Shown here: piece after piece, positions 18,874 to 28,909 of the stretch
How positions within the stretch are numbered: the first letter of the stretch is position 1
Layout: each line of letters starts with the position of its first letter
NCBI GenBank assembly: GCA_048268245.1
Contig: JBLWVX010000010.1
Span: forward strand, 1-64,000
Source: Arcobacteraceae bacterium
GTDB taxonomy: Bacteria > Campylobacterota > Campylobacteria > Campylobacterales > Arcobacteraceae
Direction of reading: 5' to 3'
DNA: 64,000 nt
Position numbers and translations under genes: made by a program
Notes under the pieces: model-generated
Seen by the model: the letters and a program-made list of their open reading frames with translations, nothing else
Database searches by the model: none
Told to the model about the DNA's origin: nothing

Positions 18874-19738
18874 TTTATCTATAGTAAATGATGATTTTTT
18901 AGAAAGCTATTATAACTCTATAAATATAGAAAATATAAAAAAAGAGCTTAGTGATAGAAAATATAAAAAAATCACTGATAATTTAGAACTTCTAATAAAA
19001 GCCGATTTAAGTGAAATTAAAAGCAAACTAAATTTATGTGATAGCTATTCATTTGAAGAAAAAAAAGAAATCAAAAAAGCTTTTAACTATTCAAACCATA
19101 GACAAAATGAAAAATTTATGGAACATTTCAAAAAGTTAAATATAAGAAGTTGCCCTTTTTGTAACAACAACTATGTATACTTTTACAAAAAAAAGAAGGA
19201 TAAATATAATACAATAGCAACACTAGAACACTACTATCCAAAATCAAAATACCCTCATCTATCTTTATCTTTTTATAACCTCATTCCTTCATGTAATACT
19301 TGTAATAGCAAGTTCAAAGGTAATGATAGTCATGAAGGAAATATACTTCATCCATATTTTGAAGATTTCAGTGAAAAAGTCAAGTTCTATATAAGCGTAA
19401 ATGCACTTCCAGTAGATAAAGATATAAAATTAGAAGTTAATCTTCACACTGATGATACTCGAAGTAAAAAAACTATTGATAGGTTCCAATTAAAAGAAGT
19501 ATATTCAGAACATGATGATATGGCAAAAGAGATATGGAATAAAGCACAAGCATACAATGAGTCAAGAATTGAAGAACTATATGAAAGTTTTTTCAAAGAC
19601 TTAAACTATACAAAAGAAGATGTTAAAAATATGGCTTTTTGTAACTATTTACATGAAGATGATATTAATAAAAGAAACCATAGTAAATTAACACAAGATA
19701 TATTAAAACAGTTTGATTTAATAAAAGAGAATAAATGA
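18860..19738 (+). CDS. HNH endonuclease, Septu PtuB-like
   Basis: CPFC...LEHYYPKSKYP...NLIPSCNTCN zinc-HNH pattern. Confidence 0.8.
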   Translation: MKQIDLSIVNDDFLESYYNSINIENIKKELSDRKYKKITDNLELLIKADLSEIKSKLNLCDSYSFEEKKEIKKAFNYSNHRQNEKFMEHFKKLNIRSCPFCNNNYVYFYKKKKDKYNTIATLEHYYPKSKYPHLSLSFYNLIPSCNTCNSKFKGNDSHEGNILHPYFEDFSEKVKFYISVNALPVDKDIKLEVNLHTDDTRSKKTIDRFQLKEVYSEHDDMAKEIWNKAQAYNESRIEELYESFFKDLNYTKEDVKNMAFCNYLHEDDINKRNHSKLTQDILKQFDLIKENK

Positions 19739-20583
19739 TTAAAATAGATATAAAAAAGCAACTACATGGACAAATAGGTAATATAAACCTAGATGTAAAC
19801 TTACAAATACAAAAAGGTGATTTTATAGCCCTTGCAGGTAAAAGTGGCAGTGGTAAGACAACTTTACTTAGAATACTTGCAGGATTAGAAAGTGCCAGTG
19901 GTAATATAGAAGTAAACGGCGATACATGGCTTGATGATAAAACAAGTCTAGCAGTTCAAAAAAGACAAATAGGTTTTGTTTTTCAAGATTATGCTTTATT
20001 TGAAAACATGAGTGTTTTACAAAATCTACTTTATGTAAATAAAGACAGAGATTTAGCTTTTAAACTACTTGAACTAACTGATTTAAAAAATCTTATAAAT
20101 AGATACCCAAATAGTTTAAGTGGAGGTCAAAAGCAAAGACTTAGTATATGTAGAGCTATGATGAAGAAACCAAAACTTTTATTACTTGATGAGCCACTAT
20201 CAGCCCTTGACCCTAAAATGAGAAATAGTTTGCAAGATGAGATACTAACTCTTCACAAAGAGTTTAATACTACAACTATTATGGTAAGTCATGAACCAAG
20301 AGAGATATATAAACTAAGCAATAGAGTTATTTTACTTGAAGATGGGAAAGTATTAAATGATGGGAAACCTAAAGATGTACTTTTAAAAACACAAGGTTCT
20401 CAAAAATTCTCTTTTGAGGGAGAAATACTTGATATTATAAAAGTTGATGTGGTAAATATAGCTATTATTAGTATAGGACAACAACTTGTTGAGGTAGTTT
20501 TAAGTAACCAAGAACTTAAAGACCTAAAAGTTGGTTCTAAGATAAATGTAGGGACAAAAGCCTTTTCCCCTATCGTAAAATAG
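19735..20583 (+). CDS. modC: Molybdate ABC transporter ATP-binding protein
   Basis: GKSGSGKT, FVFQDYALF, LSGGQ, LLDEP, C-terminal TOBE; mod operon context. Confidence 0.9.
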   Translation: MIKIDIKKQLHGQIGNINLDVNLQIQKGDFIALAGKSGSGKTTLLRILAGLESASGNIEVNGDTWLDDKTSLAVQKRQIGFVFQDYALFENMSVLQNLLYVNKDRDLAFKLLELTDLKNLINRYPNSLSGGQKQRLSICRAMMKKPKLLLLDEPLSALDPKMRNSLQDEILTLHKEFNTTTIMVSHEPREIYKLSNRVILLEDGKVLNDGKPKDVLLKTQGSQKFSFEGEILDIIKVDVVNIAIISIGQQLVEVVLSNQELKDLKVGSKINVGTKAFSPIVK

Positions 20584-20584
20584 T

Positions 20585-21343
20585 TTATGGTAAAGTATTT
20601 ATTCTATACCCTAAACTATAAATATTTTCAATTCTAAGTTCAGGAACTTTTTTTCTTAGTCTTGAGATTATATTTTTTAGATTTGTAATATCAGGTGATT
20701 TATCATCATCATCTTTCCACAGATAAGATAAAATCTCTTCATTAGTAGAAGTTTTTTCTGGCACTCTTAAAAGTAAATCAAAAAGTAAATACTCTTTTTT
20801 TGTTAGCTTTACAACTTCCCCATTATTTAGTAGTTGATTATTTTGTTTATCCCATATTAAATTCTTTGATAGTTTTAACATTGGGTTTTCTAAAATATCT
20901 ACTTGAACTGATTTATCATCTAAATAAATATCTTTTGAAACTTTATAAATAACTTCAACAAAGTTATCAAAATCTATAGGTTTTAAAATAAATTGAGAAA
21001 TTCCTAAGTTTATAAGTTCCATAAGGTACTCTGATTCATTATGTGCAGATAATACAATTAATGATTGATTCTCATTTTGATTGTAAATAAGTTTTGTTAA
21101 CTCAATACCATCCATATTTGGCATTTTTATATCTGTAATTACTAAATCGAAATACTTTTCATTTCTATTATAATAATTCATATATTTTTCAAAACCATCT
21201 TTACCGTCAACTGCAATAGCTATTTCTTTTTGAAAAATATCTTCTAATAACTCTTTTGTTTCTTTTCTGATAAATTCGTCATCTTCAACAAATAATACAT
21301 TTATGTCTTTAGAATATTTTTCTAAAAGTATATAATCAATCAT
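20585..21343 (-). CDS. OmpR-family response regulator
   Basis: FVEDD, ITDIKMPNMDG, LKP, C-terminal wHTH (ISRLRKK). Confidence 0.9.
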   Translation of the reverse strand: MIDYILLEKYSKDINVLFVEDDEFIRKETKELLEDIFQKEIAIAVDGKDGFEKYMNYYNRNEKYFDLVITDIKMPNMDGIELTKLIYNQNENQSLIVLSAHNESEYLMELINLGISQFILKPIDFDNFVEVIYKVSKDIYLDDKSVQVDILENPMLKLSKNLIWDKQNNQLLNNGEVVKLTKKEYLLFDLLLRVPEKTSTNEEILSYLWKDDDDKSPDITNLKNIISRLRKKVPELRIENIYSLGYRINTLP

Positions 21344-21415
21344 TTATCTTGTCCCTTTTAATACAATAAAACATTATATGTATTATAATACATTTAGATT
21401 ATAAAGGAATTATAT

Positions 21416-22465
21416 ATGGAAAAAGATAAGACAATTTCCTTAGAGTTGCATAATATTTTGGACAATACTATAGAAGGTATCATAATTATTGAAGATGGAT
21501 TTATAAAAAATGTAAATAAATCTCTAGTAAATATACTACATTATGAAAAAGAAGAAGAGTTGATTGGTAACTTAGCAACAGGTATACTAATTCCTACATC
21601 AAATAAAAAGTATATTAAATATAATAGTAGAACATTTCAAGAAATATCACTTATCACTAAAGATGCTACTATCATACCAGCAATTATTAAAATCAAATCT
21701 ATTACATTAAATAATAAGAAGTGTAAAATGGTATCAGTTTTAGATATGAGTGAAATAAAAGAAAAAGAAGATATGTTAATTGAACAATCAAAACTAGCTG
21801 CAATGGGTGAAATGATTTCAGTTATTGCTCATCAATGGAGACAGCCTTTAAATACAATCGCAAGTATTGCTACTAGACTTAAGATGAAAGTAAAAATGAA
21901 TAGTTTAACAAATGAACTTGTAGAAGAAAAAGCTGATGAAATCAATAACTACTTACAGTATATGTCTAAAACTATAGATGATTTTAGAAACTTCTTTGAA
22001 CCTCAAAAAGAGCAAACTCCTGTAACAACCCTAGCTTTAGTAGAAGATACACTCAAAATGATTGGGAAATCCTTTGAAAATCAAAATATAAAAATCATTG
22101 TGGAAAACAAAAGATATTCAGCTTTATACCTACATAAAAATGAGCTTTTACAAGTCTTAATAAATATCTTAAACAATTCAAAAGATGCTTTCTTAGAAAG
22201 GGAGATTAAAGAAGCTAAAATAAATATCTCTTTTGATGAAAAAGATACTTATCAAATGATATATATAAAAGATAATGCAGGAGGAATACCTAGTGAAATT
22301 ATTGCAAAAATATTTACTCCATATTTTACAACCAAAAAAAGCAAAAATGGAACAGGTCTTGGCTTATATATATGTAAAAGTATTATTGAAAAACACTCAA
22401 ATGGAGAGTTAAGTGTAGAGAATTATGAAGATGGAGTACTATTTAAAATAAAACTTTTTAAATAA
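21416..22465 (+). CDS. PAS-domain sensor histidine kinase
   Basis: N-terminal PAS-like region; IAHQWRQPL, DNAGGI, GTGLGL. Confidence 0.9.
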   Translation: MEKDKTISLELHNILDNTIEGIIIIEDGFIKNVNKSLVNILHYEKEEELIGNLATGILIPTSNKKYIKYNSRTFQEISLITKDATIIPAIIKIKSITLNNKKCKMVSVLDMSEIKEKEDMLIEQSKLAAMGEMISVIAHQWRQPLNTIASIATRLKMKVKMNSLTNELVEEKADEINNYLQYMSKTIDDFRNFFEPQKEQTPVTTLALVEDTLKMIGKSFENQNIKIIVENKRYSALYLHKNELLQVLINILNNSKDAFLEREIKEAKINISFDEKDTYQMIYIKDNAGGIPSEIIAKIFTPYFTTKKSKNGTGLGLYICKSIIEKHSNGELSVENYEDGVLFKIKLFK

Positions 22466-22477
22466 TACTCATTTTTT

Positions 22478-23176
22478 CTATAAAGTATTTACTACATAGC
22501 CTCTATTTGAGGCATTTTTAATCAATGAATTATGAGTCTTCTCTCTTATATGTTTAATAATATTTCTTAATGAGTATTTGGAAAAATTCTTATTTCTCCA
22601 AACAATTCTTTCAATAGTTTCATATGTAACTAACTGATTTTTTCTCTCTATTAAAAGTTTAACTAAACTTTTTTCAGTTCTTGTTAGTTTTATTACTCTT
22701 CTATCACAAAATAGTTCATCTCTTGCAACATCAAAATAAAAGCCTTTTTCAAACTCTATTTTTTTATTTTGATTTTGAAAGTTTAAAAATAGTTTTATAT
22801 TTAAGATAAGTTCTAAGGGTTTAATTGGTTCCAAAAATACTGAATATACATTAGAATTTTTATACAAAATTTGATTTTCATTTGCTTCATTTTCAAGTAG
22901 TATAATAGGTATATTAAATTTATAAGAGAAGTTTTGTTCGAATATATCTGTAAACTCTTTTATGTTTCTATTTTTTCTATTATCAAATACTACTAAGTCA
23001 AATAATGACAATTTATCATAGATTAAATTGAATTTGTCCATTTCAAAAAAAGAGATTTTATATAAAGTATCTTCTTGAAATTCTTTTATTCTTGATATTA
23101 AACTTTCTTCATTACTTATTATTAATACTGACTTAGGTTTTATACTATTTGTAGTGTTTATAAATATATTATTCAT
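22478..23176 (-). CDS. Atypical response regulator (degenerate receiver + OmpR wHTH)
   Basis: wHTH LTRTEK..LRNIIKHIREK..RGY; receiver lacks the acidic pair and KP. Confidence 0.75.
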   Translation of the reverse strand: MNNIFINTTNSIKPKSVLIISNEESLISRIKEFQEDTLYKISFFEMDKFNLIYDKLSLFDLVVFDNRKNRNIKEFTDIFEQNFSYKFNIPIILLENEANENQILYKNSNVYSVFLEPIKPLELILNIKLFLNFQNQNKKIEFEKGFYFDVARDELFCDRRVIKLTRTEKSLVKLLIERKNQLVTYETIERIVWRNKNFSKYSLRNIIKHIREKTHNSLIKNASNRGYVVNTL

Positions 23177-23222
23177 CTTAAGTCCTGTTGGTTATTTTAT
23201 TTGATTTATTATATTAAATAAT

Positions 23223-23240
23223 CGTATCACAAACGTATCA
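23223..23240. promoter_or_regulatory. CGTATCA-N4-CGTATCA direct repeat (possible OmpR-type site)
   Basis: 11-bp-period repeat upstream of the atypical regulator. Confidence 0.45.
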
Positions 23241-23241
23241 A

Positions 23242-23616
23242 TTAATTATTAAATTCCAACTTAAACTTTAAACCATCAGGAGTATTCTCAATTGAGATGT
23301 TTTTAAACATAACATTATTCTCTTCAAAAACATTATTTTTAGAAGTTTTTGCATTGTCTTCAATAAGAATATATTTTTTATCTTCTTTTGAATAAACACT
23401 CACATAAATATTTATTTTATTGTTTTGCGAACTTCTACAATTATTGATAGAAGCATGTAGTAAAGTAGAAAGAGTATCAAGTAATTCATTTTTATTAGCG
23501 TTTACTTCAATAGATGTATCTATATTTTCAAAAATATTAAGCTCATCTTCTACTGTTTTTACTTTTTCAATAGCTGCTTCAACTATACTATCTAATAAAA
23601 TTTTGTTCTCAGACAT
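23242..23616 (-). CDS. Hypothetical protein resembling a degenerate stand-alone HATPase domain
   Basis: NKNELLDTLSTLL..ILIEDNA..IENTPDGLKFKLEF parallels the C-terminus of the neighbouring kinase, without the G boxes. Confidence 0.6.
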   Translation of the reverse strand: MSENKILLDSIVEAAIEKVKTVEDELNIFENIDTSIEVNANKNELLDTLSTLLHASINNCRSSQNNKINIYVSVYSKEDKKYILIEDNAKTSKNNVFEENNVMFKNISIENTPDGLKFKLEFNN

Positions 23617-23694
23617 AATTGCACCTTTTACTTTTTCTTTAGTATAGTTATAAAAAGTGTTACTATAGTATCATTTTGTAAAAGGTGCTATTTT

Positions 23695-24324
23695 TTAATC
23701 TATAAATTCAACTATATCTTCTAATTTTTCTCTTTGTTGAGATGATTGCTCATTTATTCTATACCCAATAGGTAGTACTACAGATGTTTGGTACTTTGTA
23801 GTATCAAGCTCTAAAATTTCATCAAGTTTATCTTTTTCAAAACCTTCTATAGGACAAGTATCAATACCTTTAACAGCTGCAGCTGTCATCATATTTCCTA
23901 AAGCGATATATGTTTGTCTTGCTGTCCAGCTATAGATGTTTTCATCAGTAGCTAATGTATCTTTTAAATGATCAGCATAAAGATTTAAATAGAAATCAAG
24001 TTTTTCTTGAGGCATTTGTCTTCTTCCAAATTTTCTTTTTGGAATACCTGATTCTGGTTTAACACCTTCAATAGCTGCTAGAACAATAACTAAATGTGAA
24101 CAAGATGTAATTTGTACTTGATTCCAACAAGCAGGTCTAATTTTTGCTTTTAATTCTTCGTTTGTGATAACTAAAAACTTCCATGGTTCCATACCAAATG
24201 AAGAAGGAGATTTTCTACCTACTTCTAAGATAAAATTCATATCTTCATCAGAAACCTTTTTTGTTTCATCAAATACCTTACATGCATGTCTAAAATCCAT
24301 TGCTTCCATAAAACTTTTATCCAT
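23695..24324 (-). CDS. NAD(P)H nitroreductase family protein
   Basis: RHACKVFD, SPSSFGMEPWKF, DTCPIEGF. Confidence 0.92.
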   Translation of the reverse strand: MDKSFMEAMDFRHACKVFDETKKVSDEDMNFILEVGRKSPSSFGMEPWKFLVITNEELKAKIRPACWNQVQITSCSHLVIVLAAIEGVKPESGIPKRKFGRRQMPQEKLDFYLNLYADHLKDTLATDENIYSWTARQTYIALGNMMTAAAVKGIDTCPIEGFEKDKLDEILELDTTKYQTSVVLPIGYRINEQSSQQREKLEDIVEFID

Positions 24325-24334
24325 CGATCAATCC

Positions 24335-24631
24335 TTATAATTCTAACTTTTTTAATTTTTCTATACTAAAACTTTCAAGTTTATCTTCCATAAAATCAAC
24401 GCAAGAGATGAAATACTCTTTTTTCTCATGGAAACTTAAAGCCTCTTCGTTTTCCCAAGTCTCCACAAGAGTAAAAGAGTATTTATCTTCTAAATCTTGA
24501 TGCAAATCGTACTGAATACAACCTGTGTCATATTTGTTTGTATTTGTATGAAGTTTAACTAACTGTTCATAAACTTTTTCTAAAAACTCTTCTTTAACTT
24601 TTAGTTTTGCAACAATAACAATCTTACTCAT
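24335..24631 (-). CDS. ABM-family putative quinol monooxygenase
   Basis: GCIQYDLHQD, VETWENEEAL..H; adjacent to mdaB-like gene. Confidence 0.85.
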   Translation of the reverse strand: MSKIVIVAKLKVKEEFLEKVYEQLVKLHTNTNKYDTGCIQYDLHQDLEDKYSFTLVETWENEEALSFHEKKEYFISCVDFMEDKLESFSIEKLKKLEL

Positions 24632-25227
24632 TATTTATCCTTGAAATTTTTTGCTAATACTTGCTTAAATCTTTTTAATTCATCCTCTACATTTAAATCG
24701 CTTTTAAATATATCATTTATAGAGTATGTTTCAAGTTGTTTTGCTCCACAAAATTGAAATACTTTATGAACAGCATAATTTGCCTCATCTAAAGATAAAC
24801 CTTCAAAAAACCCATCTTTATTATCAAACTCAGAAATTGGACAATTATATGTCAGACTTAACATATATTTCTTATTTTGCATAAGTCCACCGCTTCCATA
24901 CTTAAGAGAAGGATCTTTTCTACTTCTTCCATCATTTTCATAAGTTACTTTTCCAACACCTGCTGAAAAAATCTCATCTATATATTTTTTTGTAAGCCAA
25001 GGAACACCCATCCAATAAACAGGGTATTGAAATAAAATATAATCAGCCCAAGCAAATTTTTCTACTTCTTCTTGTATGTCATAACCTTTATCTATAGCAG
25101 TTTGTTTTACTTCAAACTTATTTTCACTAAAAAACTCTTTTGCATTATCTATATAAGTTTGTGTTAGTTTACCTTCAGCAAAACCTTCATACTTTTGATG
25201 TCCGTTTATAATCAATACGTTTTTCAT
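24631..25227 (-). CDS. mdaB: NAD(P)H quinone oxidoreductase (MdaB-like, flavodoxin-2)
   Basis: QYPVYWMGVPW, DGRSR...YGSGG, YMLSLTYN. Confidence 0.85.
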   Translation of the reverse strand: MKNVLIINGHQKYEGFAEGKLTQTYIDNAKEFFSENKFEVKQTAIDKGYDIQEEVEKFAWADYILFQYPVYWMGVPWLTKKYIDEIFSAGVGKVTYENDGRSRKDPSLKYGSGGLMQNKKYMLSLTYNCPISEFDNKDGFFEGLSLDEANYAVHKVFQFCGAKQLETYSINDIFKSDLNVEDELKRFKQVLAKNFKDK

Positions 25228-25287
25228 CTAAATCCTTTTGTTGATTTGGAAAATTATATACATAATAAACTTAAATTCCTCTTACTT

Positions 25288-25302
25288 TACTTTAGGTAAG
25301 TA
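25288..25302. promoter_or_regulatory. HxlR/DUF24-type operator TACT-N7-AGTA
   Basis: TACTttaggtaAGTA between the divergent mdaB-like and HxlR genes. Confidence 0.55.
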
Positions 25303-25354
25303 ATGGAGTTAATTTGTTTTATGTTATAATTAAAACTGAAAAGGAAATTTAATA

Positions 25355-25747
25355 ATGTATATAGTAAATGATAAAGAATATAAGTGTTCAGTTGCAGTAA
25401 CATTAGACATTTTTAATGATAGATGGAAATTATCAATCATATGGCACTTATTAGAAAAAGATAAAAGATTCAAAGACTTACATGAAAGTATTCCTGAAAT
25501 TACTCAGAAAACTTTAACAGTAAAATTAAAAGAGTTAGAAGAAAAAAATATAATAAATAGAGAGGTTTTCCCAGAAGTTCCTCCAAAAGTAGTATACTCT
25601 TTAACTGATGCTGGAAAAAGATTGAGACCCGTATTAAAAGAGATGTATGAATGGGGAATATCTTATGCTCAAGAACATGGAGAGATTACAAAAGATAATG
25701 CTTCTTGTGAAGTAGCTATTTCTCAAAATATTGGCTTTAAAAAATAA
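25355..25747 (+). CDS. HxlR (MarR/DUF24) redox-sensing regulator
   Basis: N-terminal Cys (YKCSV), RWKLSIIWHL, ITQKTL, VPPKVVYSLT. Confidence 0.9.
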   Translation: MYIVNDKEYKCSVAVTLDIFNDRWKLSIIWHLLEKDKRFKDLHESIPEITQKTLTVKLKELEEKNIINREVFPEVPPKVVYSLTDAGKRLRPVLKEMYEWGISYAQEHGEITKDNASCEVAISQNIGFKK

Positions 25748-26643
25748 TGGCAAACTTTGCTTTAATAGCAATAGCAATTCTTGCTGGATATGTTTTACAA
25801 AAGTTTAAAATATTTCCACAAGAAACCTCTAATATTTTAAATAAATATATTATCTATATCCCCTTACCTGCAATAATTCTTTTGCAAGTTCCAAAGCTTT
25901 CATTTTCATTTGATGTATTAATTCCTACTATTATTGCATGGCTAGTTATGGGAATATCTGCAATTTTTGTTCTGTTTTTTTCAAAAGTTCTATTATGGTC
26001 AAAAGAAGTTACTGGAAGTTTACTTTTAGTAGCAATATTAACTAATAGTTCAATTATGGGTATTCCAATAATTGAACTATATTTAGGCTCAGAAGCTTTA
26101 CCTTATGTTCTTATATATGACCAACTAGGAACTTTTTTAGCTTTAGCTGCTTATGGTACTTTTGTAACTGCTTATTATAGTTCAAGTGGAAATATCCATG
26201 CTAAAGTTATAGTTAAAAAAATAGTTACATTCCCTTCGTTTATTGCTTTGATGTTTGCACTTGCCCTACTTGGTCAAGAGTTTAATCCACTAATTACAGA
26301 AGTTTTAACTAAATTTGCAAATACCTTAGTTCCAGTTGCACTTGTTGCTGTTGGTTTACAACTTCAATTTAAACTACCAAAAGATGATTTACAACCTTTA
26401 AGTATTGCACTTTTAATAAAACTGCTTTTAGCACCGCTTATAGCTTATGGAATTTGTATTTTATTTGGTTGGTATAATCTAGCTGGTATTACTTCTATTT
26501 TTGAAGCAGGAATGGCTCCAATGATAACAGCAGGAGCCATAGCATCAATGGCTGGACTTGCACCTAGACTTAGTACTGCAATAGTTGGATATGGAATAAT
26601 ATTCTCATTTTTAACAACATATATTATAAGTATACTTATCTAA
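25747..26643 (+). CDS. AEC (auxin efflux carrier) family transporter
   Basis: About 10 TM segments; NSSIMGIP, EAGMAPM. Confidence 0.85.
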   Translation: MANFALIAIAILAGYVLQKFKIFPQETSNILNKYIIYIPLPAIILLQVPKLSFSFDVLIPTIIAWLVMGISAIFVLFFSKVLLWSKEVTGSLLLVAILTNSSIMGIPIIELYLGSEALPYVLIYDQLGTFLALAAYGTFVTAYYSSSGNIHAKVIVKKIVTFPSFIALMFALALLGQEFNPLITEVLTKFANTLVPVALVAVGLQLQFKLPKDDLQPLSIALLIKLLLAPLIAYGICILFGWYNLAGITSIFEAGMAPMITAGAIASMAGLAPRLSTAIVGYGIIFSFLTTYIISILI

Positions 26644-26757
26644 TAAATATAAGTTTTACTTAAATATAAAAAAATTTTATATTTTATCCTATTGTTTTTA
26701 TAAATACTAAACATAAAGATTGTATGATTTGGTAAATTTTTTTATAGGATAAAATAT

Positions 26758-27486
26758 ATGATAAAAACAGCAAGAAATTTATTATTAGCATTAGCATTAA
26801 CAACAGGATTAAATGCTGCTACTGAACTTAGTAAAGATGAAATCAAAAAATTTGAAAACTTAGAGCTTTTTAAAGGTGTAAATATTAAAGTTAAGAAAGC
26901 TTATGACACAGAAAGCCTATACATTTTAAAAGTAAATGTTAAAGGTAAAGTTGATGAAATTTATTTAACTAAAGATAAAAAGTACTTAATTGCAGGAGAT
27001 GTAATCAACACTACGGATGGTTCAAAACTATCAGTTCCAGCTGACTTATCAATAGCTAAAGGAAATCAAGCTTTTACGTATGGAAAAGGAAATGATGAAT
27101 ATTACTTATTTACAGATCCAGAGTGTCCTTATTGTAAGAAATTTGAATCATATTTAACTCAAATAGAAGATAAAGTAAAAATAAATGTATTTTATTTTCC
27201 TTTAGATTTCCATAAAAATGCTAAAGATATTTCTCTTTATGTTATGAATCAAGACTCAAATAAAGATAAAATTAATGCTATGCTAAATACTACAAAAGAT
27301 ACACCAGCATTTAAAAATAGAAAAATAGATGCAAAAAAACTTAAAAGTTTAGAAGCTAAACTTGATAAGCAAATAGAAATTGGAAAAGAACTTGGAGTTC
27401 AAGGAACACCAGCTGTTTTTGATAAAGATGGAAACAAAGTAAATTGGGTTCAAATGCTTCAGTCTTATGGAATTAATGTACAATAG
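26758..27486 (+). CDS. DsbC-family thiol-disulfide isomerase
   Basis: Signal peptide, FTDPECPYCKK, GVQGTP. Confidence 0.9.
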   Translation: MIKTARNLLLALALTTGLNAATELSKDEIKKFENLELFKGVNIKVKKAYDTESLYILKVNVKGKVDEIYLTKDKKYLIAGDVINTTDGSKLSVPADLSIAKGNQAFTYGKGNDEYYLFTDPECPYCKKFESYLTQIEDKVKINVFYFPLDFHKNAKDISLYVMNQDSNKDKINAMLNTTKDTPAFKNRKIDAKKLKSLEAKLDKQIEIGKELGVQGTPAVFDKDGNKVNWVQMLQSYGINVQ

Positions 27487-27509
27487 TTATCAAAGTAAGG
27501 AATAATATA

Positions 27510-28073
27510 ATGAAAATAGCAGTATTTTGTGGCTCAAGTATTGGAAATAACGAAGTTTATTCTAATGCAGCAAAACAACTTAGTAAATATTTAGCACTTA
27601 ATAATATAGATATAGTCTATGGTGGTGGGAATGTTGGTCTTATGGGAGTTATAGCTTCAACTGCAATGCAAAATGGTGGAAAAGTTTATGGAGTTATACC
27701 TGAAGATTTACAAGATAAAGAGCTTGGTCATACAGGAATCACTGAACTTAAGATAGTAAAAGATATGCATGAAAGAAAAGCAGCAATGGCTGATATGGCT
27801 GATGCTTTTGTAGCACTTCCAGGAGGAATTGGTACTTTTGAAGAGATATTTGAAGTTTGGACTTGGGCACAACTTGGATATCATAATAAACCTTGTGCAT
27901 TTTATAATACAAATGGCTTTTATGATAGTTTATTTAATATGATTGACAATATTTGTCAAGAAGGTTTTATGAAAAAAGAGTACTCTAATATGCTTATAAA
28001 AACTTCTAATGTAGAAGAACTACTTGAAAAAATAAACACATATACTCCTCCAAAAGTAAAATGGAAAAACTAA
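27510..28073 (+). CDS. LOG-family nucleotide phosphoribohydrolase
   Basis: VFCGSS, YGGGNVGLMG, MHERK, PGGIGTFEE. Confidence 0.92.
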   Translation: MKIAVFCGSSIGNNEVYSNAAKQLSKYLALNNIDIVYGGGNVGLMGVIASTAMQNGGKVYGVIPEDLQDKELGHTGITELKIVKDMHERKAAMADMADAFVALPGGIGTFEEIFEVWTWAQLGYHNKPCAFYNTNGFYDSLFNMIDNICQEGFMKKEYSNMLIKTSNVEELLEKINTYTPPKVKWKN

Positions 28074-28104
28074 GAAATAAGTACTTTTATAAGTACTTAT
28101 TTCT
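28073..28104. terminator. Inverted repeat between convergent genes
   Basis: AGAAATAAGTACTT-TTAT-AAGTACTTATTTCT. Confidence 0.65.
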
Positions 28105-28897
28105 ATAATAAAGCGTTTATCTGTCTTACTTCCTCTTCTTCTAAACTAAAGTTAGATATTTCTAAATCTTCTTGCATATGAATTTTTGATGTAGTTCCAT
28201 TTAAAGGAGTAATTCCCAATTGATTTAAAAATCTATAAAAAATTTGAGGAACTGTTTTATCATATTTTATTGCTAAAGACTGTACTTCTTTGGAACTTAA
28301 AAGATGAGGATTTGCTGTAAGAGACCAAAAACTTTGGTATGTAATATCTTTTTGTCTACAAAACTCTCTTATTTGTTTATCATAATCACTATCTTTATAA
28401 AATCTATTTTGTACAACTTTTGGTTTTATATCTAGTACATCATATAAATAAATAAGTAAATTTAAATCATAACAATTACTTATTCCTATTTGCCCTACTT
28501 GTCCACATTGTACAAATTCTTCCATTGTTTTAAAGACTTTTACTAAGTCTTCTATTGGTCCAAAAGGAGAGTGTAAAATATAAGAATCTATATAATCAGT
28601 TTTCAAATTCTCTTTAGATTTTAAAAAAGATTTCTCTAATTGTATTAAAATATCATCAGAAGCTAAGTAAGGCATATTGCTCTCATCTTGGCCATTTATT
28701 GGAGTAAATTTTGTTTGAATAAAAATATCTTCTCTTTTTATACCATTTTTATAGGCATTTTCTAAACCAACTCCTACTAAATCTTCTCTATAATGTCTTG
28801 GCTGGCATGCTGTATCAACAGCTTTGAAGCCACAAAGAAGTGCTTGTTCAACTAATCTTGAAGTCTCTTCTTTTTTCCATGCTGTTCCATATATCAT
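28103..28897 (-). CDS. Aldo/keto reductase
   Basis: DTA..Y, QTKF, DSYILHSP, IGISN. Confidence 0.9.
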   Translation of the reverse strand: MIYGTAWKKEETSRLVEQALLCGFKAVDTACQPRHYREDLVGVGLENAYKNGIKREDIFIQTKFTPINGQDESNMPYLASDDILIQLEKSFLKSKENLKTDYIDSYILHSPFGPIEDLVKVFKTMEEFVQCGQVGQIGISNCYDLNLLIYLYDVLDIKPKVVQNRFYKDSDYDKQIREFCRQKDITYQSFWSLTANPHLLSSKEVQSLAIKYDKTVPQIFYRFLNQLGITPLNGTTSKIHMQEDLEISNFSLEEEEVRQINALL

Positions 28898-28909
28898 AAC
28901 TAAACCTTT

